Source: a virus. From it: a DNA stretch of 64,000 bases. The notes under the pieces were generated by a model. It was not told the DNA's origin. It worked only from the letters and a program-made list of their open reading frames with translations, and did no database searches. The stretch lies in IMG/VR virus record IMGVR_UViG_3300036790_000419, positions 32,001-96,000 of that record; one strand, written 5' to 3'. The stretch's first letter is position 1, and each line of letters begins with the position of its first letter. A program made the translations under genes and the position numbers. Of the stretch, positions 18,948 to 27,295 are shown piece by piece.

Positions 18948-20380
18948 CGCACGGCAAGACGGTGCTGGCGGCCGTCGCCGCTGACGGCGGGTCGATCTCG
19001 GCGCTGGACTACGCGGCTGCCCGGGTCGGCGGGGAGCATTTTCCCGACCCGGTGCAGCGGTCCCTGTTCCTGCTGCTGACGCGGTACGCCGACCAGACCG
19101 GCGGTGTCATGACCCGCGCGGCGCTGAGCGACCTGCTGCGCGGCCGGAAGCCGGGCACCGTGCAGATGTACGAGGAGGCATACGACGCCGTCGCGGCGGC
19201 GGTGCCTCAGTTGCACGAGTTCCGGCACTCGGTCAGCCAGCTGCGCGAGCTGGCGGCCGAGCGCGCCACCGATGAGGCCCTTGCCGCGGGCAAGCTGATT
19301 ATGCGGCAGGAGGTCCGCCTGGAAGACGGCCGGGAGCTGTTCGGGCACGCTGACGCGCGCGAGTACGTCCAGGTGGCCCTGGCTGAGGCTGAGCAGCTTT
19401 CCAGCACGTCCGACACCCCGGAGGGCGACGTCGCCGCCGAGGGGGACGAGGTGCTGGCCGCCTATGCCGCCGCGAAGGAGCTGCGCAGGTCCGGCAAGCC
19501 GGTCGGCGTCCAGTTCGGCCTCCCGGACCTGGACCGCGCCCTGGGCGGCGGCCTCGGCAAGGGGCTGTCGCTGGTGGTGGCCGGCACGACGGTGGGCAAG
19601 TCCAGTCTGTGCGTGCAGCTTGCCTGGTACAACGCGGTCATCGAGGGCCGCGACGTCCTGGTTTTCACCACCGAGCAGCACCGTGACGAGGTGCGCGTCA
19701 AGCTGGTCGCCCGGCACTCGCGCCACCCGAAGTTCGGCCTCGGCCGCGGGCTCGACAGCCTGAAGATCGTCTCCGGGTGGCTCAGCGAGGACGAGGAGAG
19801 GGCCCTGGCCTGGGTGGCCGGGGACCTGAAGGCCGGCGGCTACGGTGAGCTGCAGGTCGTGCAGATGCCCGAGCACTGCACGACCTCGGTCATCGCGGGC
19901 CGGGCCGAGGCGATGGCCCGCCGCCGCAGGCCCGACCTGATGGTGTTCGACTACCTGCAACTGTGCGACCCTGAGCGCCGCAGCCGCGAGTCCAAGGAGC
20001 ACGAGAACCAGTCCGGCATCGTCAAGGGCGCGCACCGCTGGGCGCAGACGGCCTTCCACGGCCGGGGCGTTCCCCTGGTCTCCCCCTGGCAGGCCAACCA
20101 GGGCGGCTCCCAGGCGCTGCGCGGCAGCGGCGGGTTCTCGCTGGACACGCACATGTCGCAGACCAAGGAGGCCGGCAACACGGCGGCGACGGTGCTGTCC
20201 CTGGCCATGCCCGAGGAGGACAACTCCAGGGGCCGTGACGTGAAGCTGGTGCTGACGGTGGAGAAGAACCGCAACGGGGTGCGCGGCGGCCGATTCCACG
20301 TGACCGCGGACTACGCCACCAGCCACTTCACGGACCGCGTGGCCCTGGAGGAGGACCCGATCGACTTCGAGGTCGAGTGA
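18932..20380 (+). CDS. dnaB: DnaB-like replicative helicase
   Basis: LDRALGGG, AGTTVGKSS Walker A, VFDYLQL, WQANQ, EKNRNG. Confidence 0.8.
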   Translation: MADAVAHGKTVLAAVAADGGSISALDYAAARVGGEHFPDPVQRSLFLLLTRYADQTGGVMTRAALSDLLRGRKPGTVQMYEEAYDAVAAAVPQLHEFRHSVSQLRELAAERATDEALAAGKLIMRQEVRLEDGRELFGHADAREYVQVALAEAEQLSSTSDTPEGDVAAEGDEVLAAYAAAKELRRSGKPVGVQFGLPDLDRALGGGLGKGLSLVVAGTTVGKSSLCVQLAWYNAVIEGRDVLVFTTEQHRDEVRVKLVARHSRHPKFGLGRGLDSLKIVSGWLSEDEERALAWVAGDLKAGGYGELQVVQMPEHCTTSVIAGRAEAMARRRRPDLMVFDYLQLCDPERRSRESKEHENQSGIVKGAHRWAQTAFHGRGVPLVSPWQANQGGSQALRGSGGFSLDTHMSQTKEAGNTAATVLSLAMPEEDNSRGRDVKLVLTVEKNRNGVRGGRFHVTADYATSHFTDRVALEEDPIDFEVE

Positions 20381-20381
20381 C

Positions 20382-20933
20382 GTGCCCCGCAAGAGGTCGC
20401 TGTACGCCGTCGCCAACGAGCGGGTCTCGTTCGACACGGCGATGGCCTGGGCGGGCGCGGGCAGCACCGGCGCGCGCGAGCGCGGCATGAAGGTGACCTG
20501 CCCGTCTTGCGGCGAGCAGGGGGCGTTGCGCGTCTACCCGGACCACGGCTGGTGTTTCGGTGAGCAGCAGTACTTCTCACCGGTCGGCCTGCTGGCCGAG
20601 GTCTGGGACATGGACCGGGAGGAGGCGGCGATCAAGGCCCTGGACAGGATCGGCTACGTGCCGGCCAGCTACGCCCACCTGTGGGACGAGGCACAGCGTG
20701 AGTGCGAGCCCGCGCTTGACGACTTGTCGGCGGCGCTGCGCACCTGGTGCGAGGCGAGCTGCCCTGACTGGAGGGCCCGGCAGTACGACGACGCGGTGGC
20801 GCGCGCGCTGTCCCGCTGCCTCGGCCTGCTGCCCGCGGTGCGGACGGAGGCTGACTGCCGCAAGTGGCTTACGGTAAGTAAAACGGTCATGGGGCGGGTG
20901 CTGTCGCGGGCTAGCAGGAATAGCTTGACATGA
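20382..20933 (+). CDS. Primase-type zinc-finger protein (no TOPRIM domain seen)
   Basis: CPSC..ALRVY..WCFG..SPVGLL..EEAAIKAL; directly after DnaB. Confidence 0.5.
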   Translation: MPRKRSLYAVANERVSFDTAMAWAGAGSTGARERGMKVTCPSCGEQGALRVYPDHGWCFGEQQYFSPVGLLAEVWDMDREEAAIKALDRIGYVPASYAHLWDEAQRECEPALDDLSAALRTWCEASCPDWRARQYDDAVARALSRCLGLLPAVRTEADCRKWLTVSKTVMGRVLSRASRNSLT

Positions 20934-20995
20934 GTTAAGCTTAATACCTGAGACAGACGCGCGCCCCGGGCTGGGGCAGGCAGGAGAGAACGGTT

Positions 20996-21388
20996 ATGGC
21001 AAGTTTGGAAGACCTGGACGACGGGGGAATCCCGGTCCTTGAGGGCTGGCTGAGCCTGCCCGCGGTCGGGGACCTGCTGGGGGTCACGCGCCAGCGGATC
21101 TACCAGATGGGGCTGAACGAGCGCAAGTTCGCGACCATCCGCAAGATTCCCGGCAAGGCCCCGGACGATCCCGGCAAGCGGGCCCGCCCGGCGGTATACG
21201 TCGTGAAGACCGAGGAAGCGGAACGGTTCCTGGCGGAGCAGCGCGCGGCCATCGCGAGGCACGACAGCGCCGGCAACCCGCTGAACGAGGCCGGCCTCGT
21301 GGTGGACCCGGGCACCGGCAGGGTGCCAGGGCAGGGGACACAGGGCTCTTACGCGCTGACCCCGGCCGGGGCAGCCGCTGCGCAGTAG
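20996..21388 (+). CDS. Helix-turn-helix DNA-binding protein
   Basis: WLSLPAVGDLLGVTRQRIYQM; operator CTTGAC-ATGA-GTTAAG upstream at 20924-20939. Confidence 0.7.
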   Translation: MASLEDLDDGGIPVLEGWLSLPAVGDLLGVTRQRIYQMGLNERKFATIRKIPGKAPDDPGKRARPAVYVVKTEEAERFLAEQRAAIARHDSAGNPLNEAGLVVDPGTGRVPGQGTQGSYALTPAGAAAAQ

Positions 21389-21397
21389 GGTGGCGGC

Positions 21398-21649
21398 ATG
21401 CGCGTGCCCGATTCCCTTGACGCGTCCGTGCCGGCAGCCCTGGATGACCGGGCCCCGTGGTTCGAGTGGATGGCGAAGACATGGCCCGACCGGGCTACTG
21501 CCGTCGGCTGTCATGAGGCGGTACACCGCCTGGAAGTCGAGCGCGCGGCTCAGGTGCCTGTCATCAACGTCACCGTGCCCGGCGTGCCGGGGCATTTCAC
21601 GGGCACGCCGGACGGGCCGGTGGCGTACTCGCCGGACTCCCTCACGTGA
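21398..21649 (+). CDS. Hypothetical protein
   Basis: Codon bias, GTGA overlap with next gene. Confidence 0.45.
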   Translation: MRVPDSLDASVPAALDDRAPWFEWMAKTWPDRATAVGCHEAVHRLEVERAAQVPVINVTVPGVPGHFTGTPDGPVAYSPDSLT

Positions 21650-21897
21650 GGGTCTCGGTGCTGGCCCGGCAGCCGGTGCCGCACCGGGTCACCCTCGCCC
21701 TCGCCTTCGAGTGCGTTATCCCGTCATCCCGCTACGACGACGTGACGTACAACGTGTGCCTGCTGGCTGACGGCACCTGGGCGTGCGAGTGCTCAGGCTA
21801 CAACTGGGCGGCGCGGGCTGACGGGGAGTGCCGGCACATCGACACCGGAAGGGAAGAGCGCGAGCGCCGCATGACGCTCGCGTTCCTGCTTTGCTGA
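21646..21897 (+). CDS. SWIM zinc-finger protein
   Basis: YNV..WACEC..CRH. Confidence 0.6.
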   Translation: MRVSVLARQPVPHRVTLALAFECVIPSSRYDDVTYNVCLLADGTWACECSGYNWAARADGECRHIDTGREERERRMTLAFLLC

Positions 21898-21913
21898 GAA
21901 CGTAGGAACGACC

Positions 21914-22153
21914 ATGAGCACCTTTCCCTGGACTGAGGACCCGCCAGGCGCGCGGGAGTTCCCGGCTTACTGCCGGGGCTGCAGCATCCCGATCCGGCAG
22001 CTGAACGCCGAGAGCGAGCTGTGGGAGGACCCGGCCGGCCTGACCGTCTGCGTCAAGGCCCGCCTGGTGGACGTCGGCGGCGGCAAGCGGCCGGACTTCA
22101 TCCTCCACCAGCCGATGCCTGACGGCCTGGTCGGCGCTCCGCTGCAGCCGTGA
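21914..22153 (+). CDS. Hypothetical protein
   Basis: CGTA box 13 nt upstream; CxxC. Confidence 0.5.
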   Translation: MSTFPWTEDPPGAREFPAYCRGCSIPIRQLNAESELWEDPAGLTVCVKARLVDVGGGKRPDFILHQPMPDGLVGAPLQP

Positions 22154-22494
22154 GCGGCGAGCGCCAGAGGCAGCCGGAGGTCGCGCTCTTTGTCTACCAC
22201 CGGGCAGCCTGGCAGTGCCAGATGCCCGAGTGCCTGTGCCCGGACGGGCGGAAGATCGACCGGCGGCTGCGCGGGACCAATGACCTGTGGGAGCCCAGCA
22301 TCGACCACATCAAGCCGCTGGCGGCCGGAGGGGCGGACACGCTGAGGAACAAGCGCGCTGCTCACAGGGAGTGCAACCGGGCGGCGGCGGAGCTGCAACT
22401 GCAGGGCGCGGCCAGGGGGAGGCCTGCGCCTGAGCCGCTGACCAGCAGCATCGGCGATCTTTACCCGGACCTCGCGAAACGCCTCGGGTTGTGA
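22150..22494 (+). CDS. HNH endonuclease
   Basis: CQMPEC..SIDHIKPLAAGG..NKRAAHRECN. Confidence 0.85.
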   Translation: MSGERQRQPEVALFVYHRAAWQCQMPECLCPDGRKIDRRLRGTNDLWEPSIDHIKPLAAGGADTLRNKRAAHRECNRAAAELQLQGAARGRPAPEPLTSSIGDLYPDLAKRLGL

Positions 22495-22760
22495 GAGAGC
22501 AGGGCCGGTGCTCAGGCTGCCAGGCGTCCGGTGGCCTGAAGAAGGTCACCCAGCACGTCATGACGTGCCCGAAGTGGGCCGCCCTGTACCGCTCGGACCC
22601 GGCCGCCGCGCTCATGCCGGCCGAAGAGCACGCGCGCTGGGCGCGCGAGGAGCGCGACGGCGAGCACCAGGCCGACCTGCAGCGCCGGGTCTCCGATACC
22701 CAGGACCGGCGGGCGGCGTCGGTCGCCCGGTTCAAGGTGAAGGACCCCCTGGAGGACTGA
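22491..22760 (+). CDS. Hypothetical zinc-binding protein
   Basis: CSGC..H..C; overlaps on both sides. Confidence 0.55.
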   Translation: MREQGRCSGCQASGGLKKVTQHVMTCPKWAALYRSDPAAALMPAEEHARWAREERDGEHQADLQRRVSDTQDRRAASVARFKVKDPLED

Positions 22761-23056
22761 TGGCGACCACGGGCGCGTGGCAGGAGCTGTTCGGCAGCGG
22801 CCGGAAGTGGCGCGTGGCCGAGGAGGTGTCCGGTGAGGTGAAGGAGGCCGGCTTCACGGTGAAGTTCGCCCGCGGCCGGTTCGAGCTGCCGGAGGGCGCG
22901 GCGTTCCGGTCCCTGCTGTCGACCAACCTCGGGCGGCGTGGCCTCATCCTGGTCGAGACGAGCCCTGACGGATCGCAGGACATCCCCCTCTCGCGGATCG
23001 CCGTCGGCGAGCACTCTGTTGCCCGGGCGCGCAAGGAGTTCAGTGCCGTGTGGTGA
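22760..23056 (+). CDS. Hypothetical protein
   Basis: GGAGG SD, TGATG overlap. Confidence 0.55.
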   Translation: MATTGAWQELFGSGRKWRVAEEVSGEVKEAGFTVKFARGRFELPEGAAFRSLLSTNLGRRGLILVETSPDGSQDIPLSRIAVGEHSVARARKEFSAVW

Positions 23057-23069
23057 TTCCCCCGGTCAA

Positions 23070-23099
23070 CTTGACGTGAGTCAAGCAAGAGACTAGTCT
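23070..23099 (+). promoter_or_regulatory. Housekeeping-sigma promoter with palindromic operator
   Basis: CTTGAC-GTGA-GTCAAG; TTGACG-N17-TAGTCT. Confidence 0.75.
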
Positions 23100-23138
23100 C
23101 GACCTACTGGTGAGGTTGGTTTCAATGGGGAGTTCCGT

Positions 23139-24344
23139 GTGGCATCTTCTCGTTCGGCTGTCTGCACTGCACCCGCAGACTACGCAGAACTGTTCCTGGA
23201 GTACGGGGACGACATCCGGCGGGTGGTGTGGCGGCAGCTAGGTTCTGTCGCTCAGCCCGCTGACGTCGATGATGGCGTGCAGTACATCGTTCAGCAGCTC
23301 ATGCCGAACGAGAAGCGCCCGGGGGTGGTTGAGCAGTACCGGCCGGATCATGTCAGCGAGTACAACCACCGGCCGGTCACCTTCAAGGCGTTTCTGCTCG
23401 CCAAGGTCGCGCTCTACTGCCGCGGCATCGGTGAGGCCCTCGGCAGGCGTGCCGGGCGCGAGCTGCCCCTGGTCGACACCCGCGTCGGGGACGACGGCGC
23501 GACGCCGTGGCTCGACCTGCTGGGCGGCGTGACCGATGAGTACCCGTCGCTGACTGATAGCGAGGCGATGGAGCGGCTGCGCGCCGCGCTGGTCTCCTGC
23601 CCCCCCGTGTCCGGCCGCGAGCCCGTGCTGCCGTTGTTCGATGCCCTCTCGGAGCAGTTCGCCTCCGGGAGGACTGTCTCGGCTGCCGCGGTGCGCCGGA
23701 AGTTCGGCAAGACCCCCGAGCAGGCTGAGGCCTGGCTCGGTGAATTGCGCGACGCGCTGCGCGAGGTCGCCGCCACGGCCCTGAGCCCTGCTGCGGCTGA
23801 GCCCGTCACCGTGGTGCCTGAGCCGGCGGCCGTGCCCTCGGAGGCTGACGCGTGGCTCGCCGGGCTCAGCGGGGCCGCCTCCGGCGAGGTCACGTTCGCA
23901 CTCGGCGGCATGCGGCTGACTGCCGCCGAGGTGCGCGATGCCGTCGCCGCGCTCAGGGCGGCCGGCGGCAACCGGGTGATGCCCGCGTTCAAGGACGCCG
24001 GCCACCGGCTCGCCGGCGCGGGCAAGACCTGGTACCTGGAGTTCGCCGATGAGGTGATGGAGGCCTACCCGGAGCTGCGCACGCCGGTGCGCCGTCATGC
24101 CGAGGGTCACTTCGGCCGCGTCAAGCAGGCACTCATTTTCGGCCTGGAGCGCTTCCTGGACGCCGTTCCCGTGGACGCCGTTCCCGTGGATGAGTCTGTG
24201 CGCGAGGCTGTGCCCGAGGTTACCGCGATGCCCAGCGACGCTCTGTGGGCGGACCTGGAGTCCGTCCTGGCCCGGTTCCCGGGGCTCGGTGCCGACGAGG
24301 TGGGCGCCGTCCTGGAGACGGCCCGGCTGCTGGGGGCGGCATGA
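23139..24344 (+). CDS. Sigma-70 region 2-like (ECF-like) protein with C-terminal extension
   Basis: YAELFLEYGDDIRRVVWRQLG..DVDDGVQ..TFKAFLLAKV resembles ECF sigma region 2. Confidence 0.45.
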   Translation: MASSRSAVCTAPADYAELFLEYGDDIRRVVWRQLGSVAQPADVDDGVQYIVQQLMPNEKRPGVVEQYRPDHVSEYNHRPVTFKAFLLAKVALYCRGIGEALGRRAGRELPLVDTRVGDDGATPWLDLLGGVTDEYPSLTDSEAMERLRAALVSCPPVSGREPVLPLFDALSEQFASGRTVSAAAVRRKFGKTPEQAEAWLGELRDALREVAATALSPAAAEPVTVVPEPAAVPSEADAWLAGLSGAASGEVTFALGGMRLTAAEVRDAVAALRAAGGNRVMPAFKDAGHRLAGAGKTWYLEFADEVMEAYPELRTPVRRHAEGHFGRVKQALIFGLERFLDAVPVDAVPVDESVREAVPEVTAMPSDALWADLESVLARFPGLGADEVGAVLETARLLGAA

Positions 24345-24535
24345 AGCTGACCCCTGAGCAGCTAGAGCGCGTTCGCCGCGTAGCCCGGCGGTGGGAGCAG
24401 TTTGTCGCGCCGTGCGAGATCTCGTACGCCGACGTCTACAACCCGTGCCTGCCGGAGGATGTGCCCGGCGAGCCCGGCCGCTTGCGGTGCGTCACTTGCG
24501 GGCTCCGCCAGCGACTGGCCCTGGAGGCGCCGTGA
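24341..24535 (+). CDS. Small hypothetical protein
   Basis: ATGA overlap. Confidence 0.45.
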   Translation: MKLTPEQLERVRRVARRWEQFVAPCEISYADVYNPCLPEDVPGEPGRLRCVTCGLRQRLALEAP

Positions 24536-24966
24536 AGATCGGGCTGTACGAAGTCACCGGCGAAGAACTCGTGCTGGCCGAGGAGCAGTGGGCCTACAGT
24601 TCCACGGTCGAACGGTGCCGCCTGTGGGCCGTCAGCATGTGCCGGATGGCCCGTGGCCATGACTGGTACCTGGAGATCGACCCCGATGACGGGGTGTCGC
24701 TCTACTGCCGCAAGTGCTGGGCGGACACCAACGACCTGTACCCGGACGGGATTGACCTGCTGGGCGGCGACTTCGAGGTCTACCCGGGTTACGCGCTCAA
24801 CTTGCGGTCGGGCTCGGTTTTCGTGAACGGCGACTACCGCGAGGGCCACGTCTACGGCTGGCGGGGGCCGGTCACCGTCGAGCTGTATACGGAGAAGTAC
24901 ACCAGCATGGACTGGATCGGCTACGAGTACGACGCCTGGATTGAGGTGGAACCCCGTGACTCCTGA
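24532..24966 (+). CDS. Hypothetical protein
   Basis: GTGA overlap, codon bias. Confidence 0.55.
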   Translation: MKIGLYEVTGEELVLAEEQWAYSSTVERCRLWAVSMCRMARGHDWYLEIDPDDGVSLYCRKCWADTNDLYPDGIDLLGGDFEVYPGYALNLRSGSVFVNGDYREGHVYGWRGPVTVELYTEKYTSMDWIGYEYDAWIEVEPRDS

Positions 24967-25612
24967 CCAGGTTCTCGCCGAGCTGGCCGGCTCCCTTCCC
25001 CCGGCCACGCTGGTGCTCGGCCCCGGGTCGTGGCCCCTGGTCACCCTGGCGGCCGGCCCGGAGTGGCTGCTGCGGTACGACTTGTCCGCGGGCGACGCGC
25101 GCCAGGTTCGCGAGAGCGTCTGGCTACTGCCGTGCGGGAACCTGCGCGTGGTGGCGCTCTGCCTGGACAAGGCGTCGCAGCAGGTTCAGAACATGCTGCT
25201 CAAGATCCTGGAGGAGCCGCCGGCGTCTACCCGGTTCGTACTCGCCGCCGAGAGCCGCCCGCTGCCCACCGTGCTGTCCCGCTGCCGGGTGCTGGTGCTC
25301 GGCGGCGGGCCCGCCGCCGAGCCGCCGGACGCGCGGGACAAGGCCGCGGTCGCCGCCGTGCTGCGCGCTGCCCGCTCGGGGCAGGCCGCGCTGCTGGCCC
25401 GGAGTCTCCGGGACTGGCTCCCGGCGCAGGCACGGCTGCTCGGGCAGTGGGCGGCCGAGGCCGCCTCCGGGCAGTGGCGGGTGTTCGGGCCGGATACCGC
25501 GCCCGGCGTCAGCCCTGAGCAGGCGATGCGCCTGCTGGCCGAGCTGGCGCGCTACGCGGGCACCCGGCTCGGGGCGCTGGCCGCCCTGAGCGCCGTCTTC
25601 TCGCCGGGGTGA
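24941..25612 (+). CDS. DNA polymerase III delta-prime-like clamp loader subunit
   Basis: QNMLLKILEEPPASTRFVL..LPTVLSRC. Confidence 0.75.
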   Translation: MRWNPVTPDQVLAELAGSLPPATLVLGPGSWPLVTLAAGPEWLLRYDLSAGDARQVRESVWLLPCGNLRVVALCLDKASQQVQNMLLKILEEPPASTRFVLAAESRPLPTVLSRCRVLVLGGGPAAEPPDARDKAAVAAVLRAARSGQAALLARSLRDWLPAQARLLGQWAAEAASGQWRVFGPDTAPGVSPEQAMRLLAELARYAGTRLGALAALSAVFSPG

Positions 25613-25678
25613 TTAGGGGAGAGATCCTGTGCTCCCGATTGAACGTGACACTGCCCCCGTCACGTCAGGAGAGTCGCC

Positions 25679-26164
25679 GTGGTCCACCCGAACGGCCAGC
25701 CCCGCAAGGCCAACCGCAAGCAGCCTGGCGACGGCCGGGTGCCGGGCCCGCCGCCCGGCCGCCCGGTGGCGCAGGGGCAGCTTCCCCAGGCGCAGCAGGC
25801 TAGGGTTGCCCAGCCACCGGTCCCGCCGTCGCTGGAGGGCCTCTCTGCCGAGTTCGAGGCCCTCATCGCCTCAAACCAGGCCAAGTTCGCCGAACTCGCC
25901 GCGCAGGGCGCCGCGCCCGACCCGTTTTTCCTGGTGCACGCCCGGATCAACCACCTGATTGACGCCATCGCGCAGGCGACCGGCCCCAGCGGGCCGCGCT
26001 GGGCGGCGATGACCCGGCTCGGGTTCGAGAAGTACATCGCGGGCGAGCTGGAGCAGGCTGGCCCGGCCACCCGGCGCATGCAACTGGCTGAGGGAGCCCG
26101 CTACACGCCCGCGATGATCCGCGCCCTGGCTGCCCAGACGGGAACACTGCGCCATCCGCAGTAG
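25679..26164 (+). CDS. Hypothetical protein
   Basis: AGGAG SD; codon bias. Confidence 0.55.
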   Translation: MVHPNGQPRKANRKQPGDGRVPGPPPGRPVAQGQLPQAQQARVAQPPVPPSLEGLSAEFEALIASNQAKFAELAAQGAAPDPFFLVHARINHLIDAIAQATGPSGPRWAAMTRLGFEKYIAGELEQAGPATRRMQLAEGARYTPAMIRALAAQTGTLRHPQ

Positions 26165-26169
26165 AGGGC

Positions 26170-27105
26170 ATGGCTAGTTACCTCCAGTGGTCGAGGAAGA
26201 AACCCCTCCGCAAGGTCACCTGGGTATGCGGCCCTGAGCCCGTGCTGGTGCGCGAGGTCGTGGCGGCGCACCGGGCGGGAGCCCCGCCTGACCAGTGCAC
26301 GGCGGTGTTCGCCGGCGAGGCTCCCGGGTACGAGGCCTGGGACCACCTGCTGGCCGACCCGCTGCCGGGCGGCCGGCGGACGGTGGTCTACGGCGCGGAG
26401 AAGCTGGAGAGCCTGGAGAACGTGGCCCTGCTGGCCGCCGAGGCCGCGGACACCACTTTTACAGTCTTCGTGTCCGGGGAGACTGATTTCGGGCGCGAGA
26501 GCGGCAAGCTGGTACCGTACCTGGCCGCACTGCAGGCCTCGAAGGCCGCGCAGCTCATCCGCTGCTGCGAGCCGAGCAGGGCTGAGGACCGGACAGCCCT
26601 GGTGGCCTCCTGGTGGCCCGGCGCGACCCTCAGCTTCGCCTACGACGTGCTCAGCCGGTGCGGGAGCCTGGAGCGCGCCTGGCTGGCGTGCGAGCAGGCC
26701 CGGATGGCCTGCCTGCCGCCGGAGCCCGCGATGGCCGCCGTCACCTGCCCGGCTGAGCCCGGCGGCGAGTTCGCCGACCTGCTCATGAGCGGGAACAAGG
26801 CCGCTGCCGTGACGGCGGCCGGGCAGGTGAGCCGGGGCGAGCTGGGAGCGGTCATCGGCCTGCTGGCGTCGCGGCTGGCGGTCGCCGAGCAGATTGGCGA
26901 GGGAGTCCGGCACGGCATGCGCCCGCGCGAGGCTGCCAGCCGCGAGCATGTCGACCGGTTCGTGGCCAGCCGGGTTATCCCGTACCTCGGCGCGTACGGG
27001 TCCGACCGCATCCGCCGCCTGCGCCGCGTGCTCGCCGGGTCTGAGGCTGCCTGGCGGTCCGGCTCGCCGACTGGCGTGGCGGAATCCCTCGTAGCACTCT
27101 GGTGA
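26170..27105 (+). CDS. DNA polymerase III delta-like clamp loader subunit
   Basis: VTWVCGPEPVLV, PLPGGRRTVVYGAEKL resemble HolA; size and context. Confidence 0.55.
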   Translation: MASYLQWSRKKPLRKVTWVCGPEPVLVREVVAAHRAGAPPDQCTAVFAGEAPGYEAWDHLLADPLPGGRRTVVYGAEKLESLENVALLAAEAADTTFTVFVSGETDFGRESGKLVPYLAALQASKAAQLIRCCEPSRAEDRTALVASWWPGATLSFAYDVLSRCGSLERAWLACEQARMACLPPEPAMAAVTCPAEPGGEFADLLMSGNKAAAVTAAGQVSRGELGAVIGLLASRLAVAEQIGEGVRHGMRPREAASREHVDRFVASRVIPYLGAYGSDRIRRLRRVLAGSEAAWRSGSPTGVAESLVALW

Positions 27106-27106
27106 C

Positions 27107-27289
27107 ATGGGCTGCAGCGACTGCAAGGCTGACCTGGCACGGGCTCAGCAGGACCTTGACGAGGTCACCACGGAGCGGAATCAGCTCCTGGCCATCGTGG
27201 GCGCCGCCATGAGCGTGGTGACCGCTGAGCAGCTCGCCGAGATGCGCCGCCGGATCGCCGCGCGTGACTCGGGTGGCCTGTCCGTATAG
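27107..27289 (+). CDS. Small coiled-coil protein
   Basis: Fills the gap between genes. Confidence 0.45.
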   Translation: MGCSDCKADLARAQQDLDEVTTERNQLLAIVGAAMSVVTAEQLAEMRRRIAARDSGGLSV

Positions 27290-27295
27290 GTGAGC

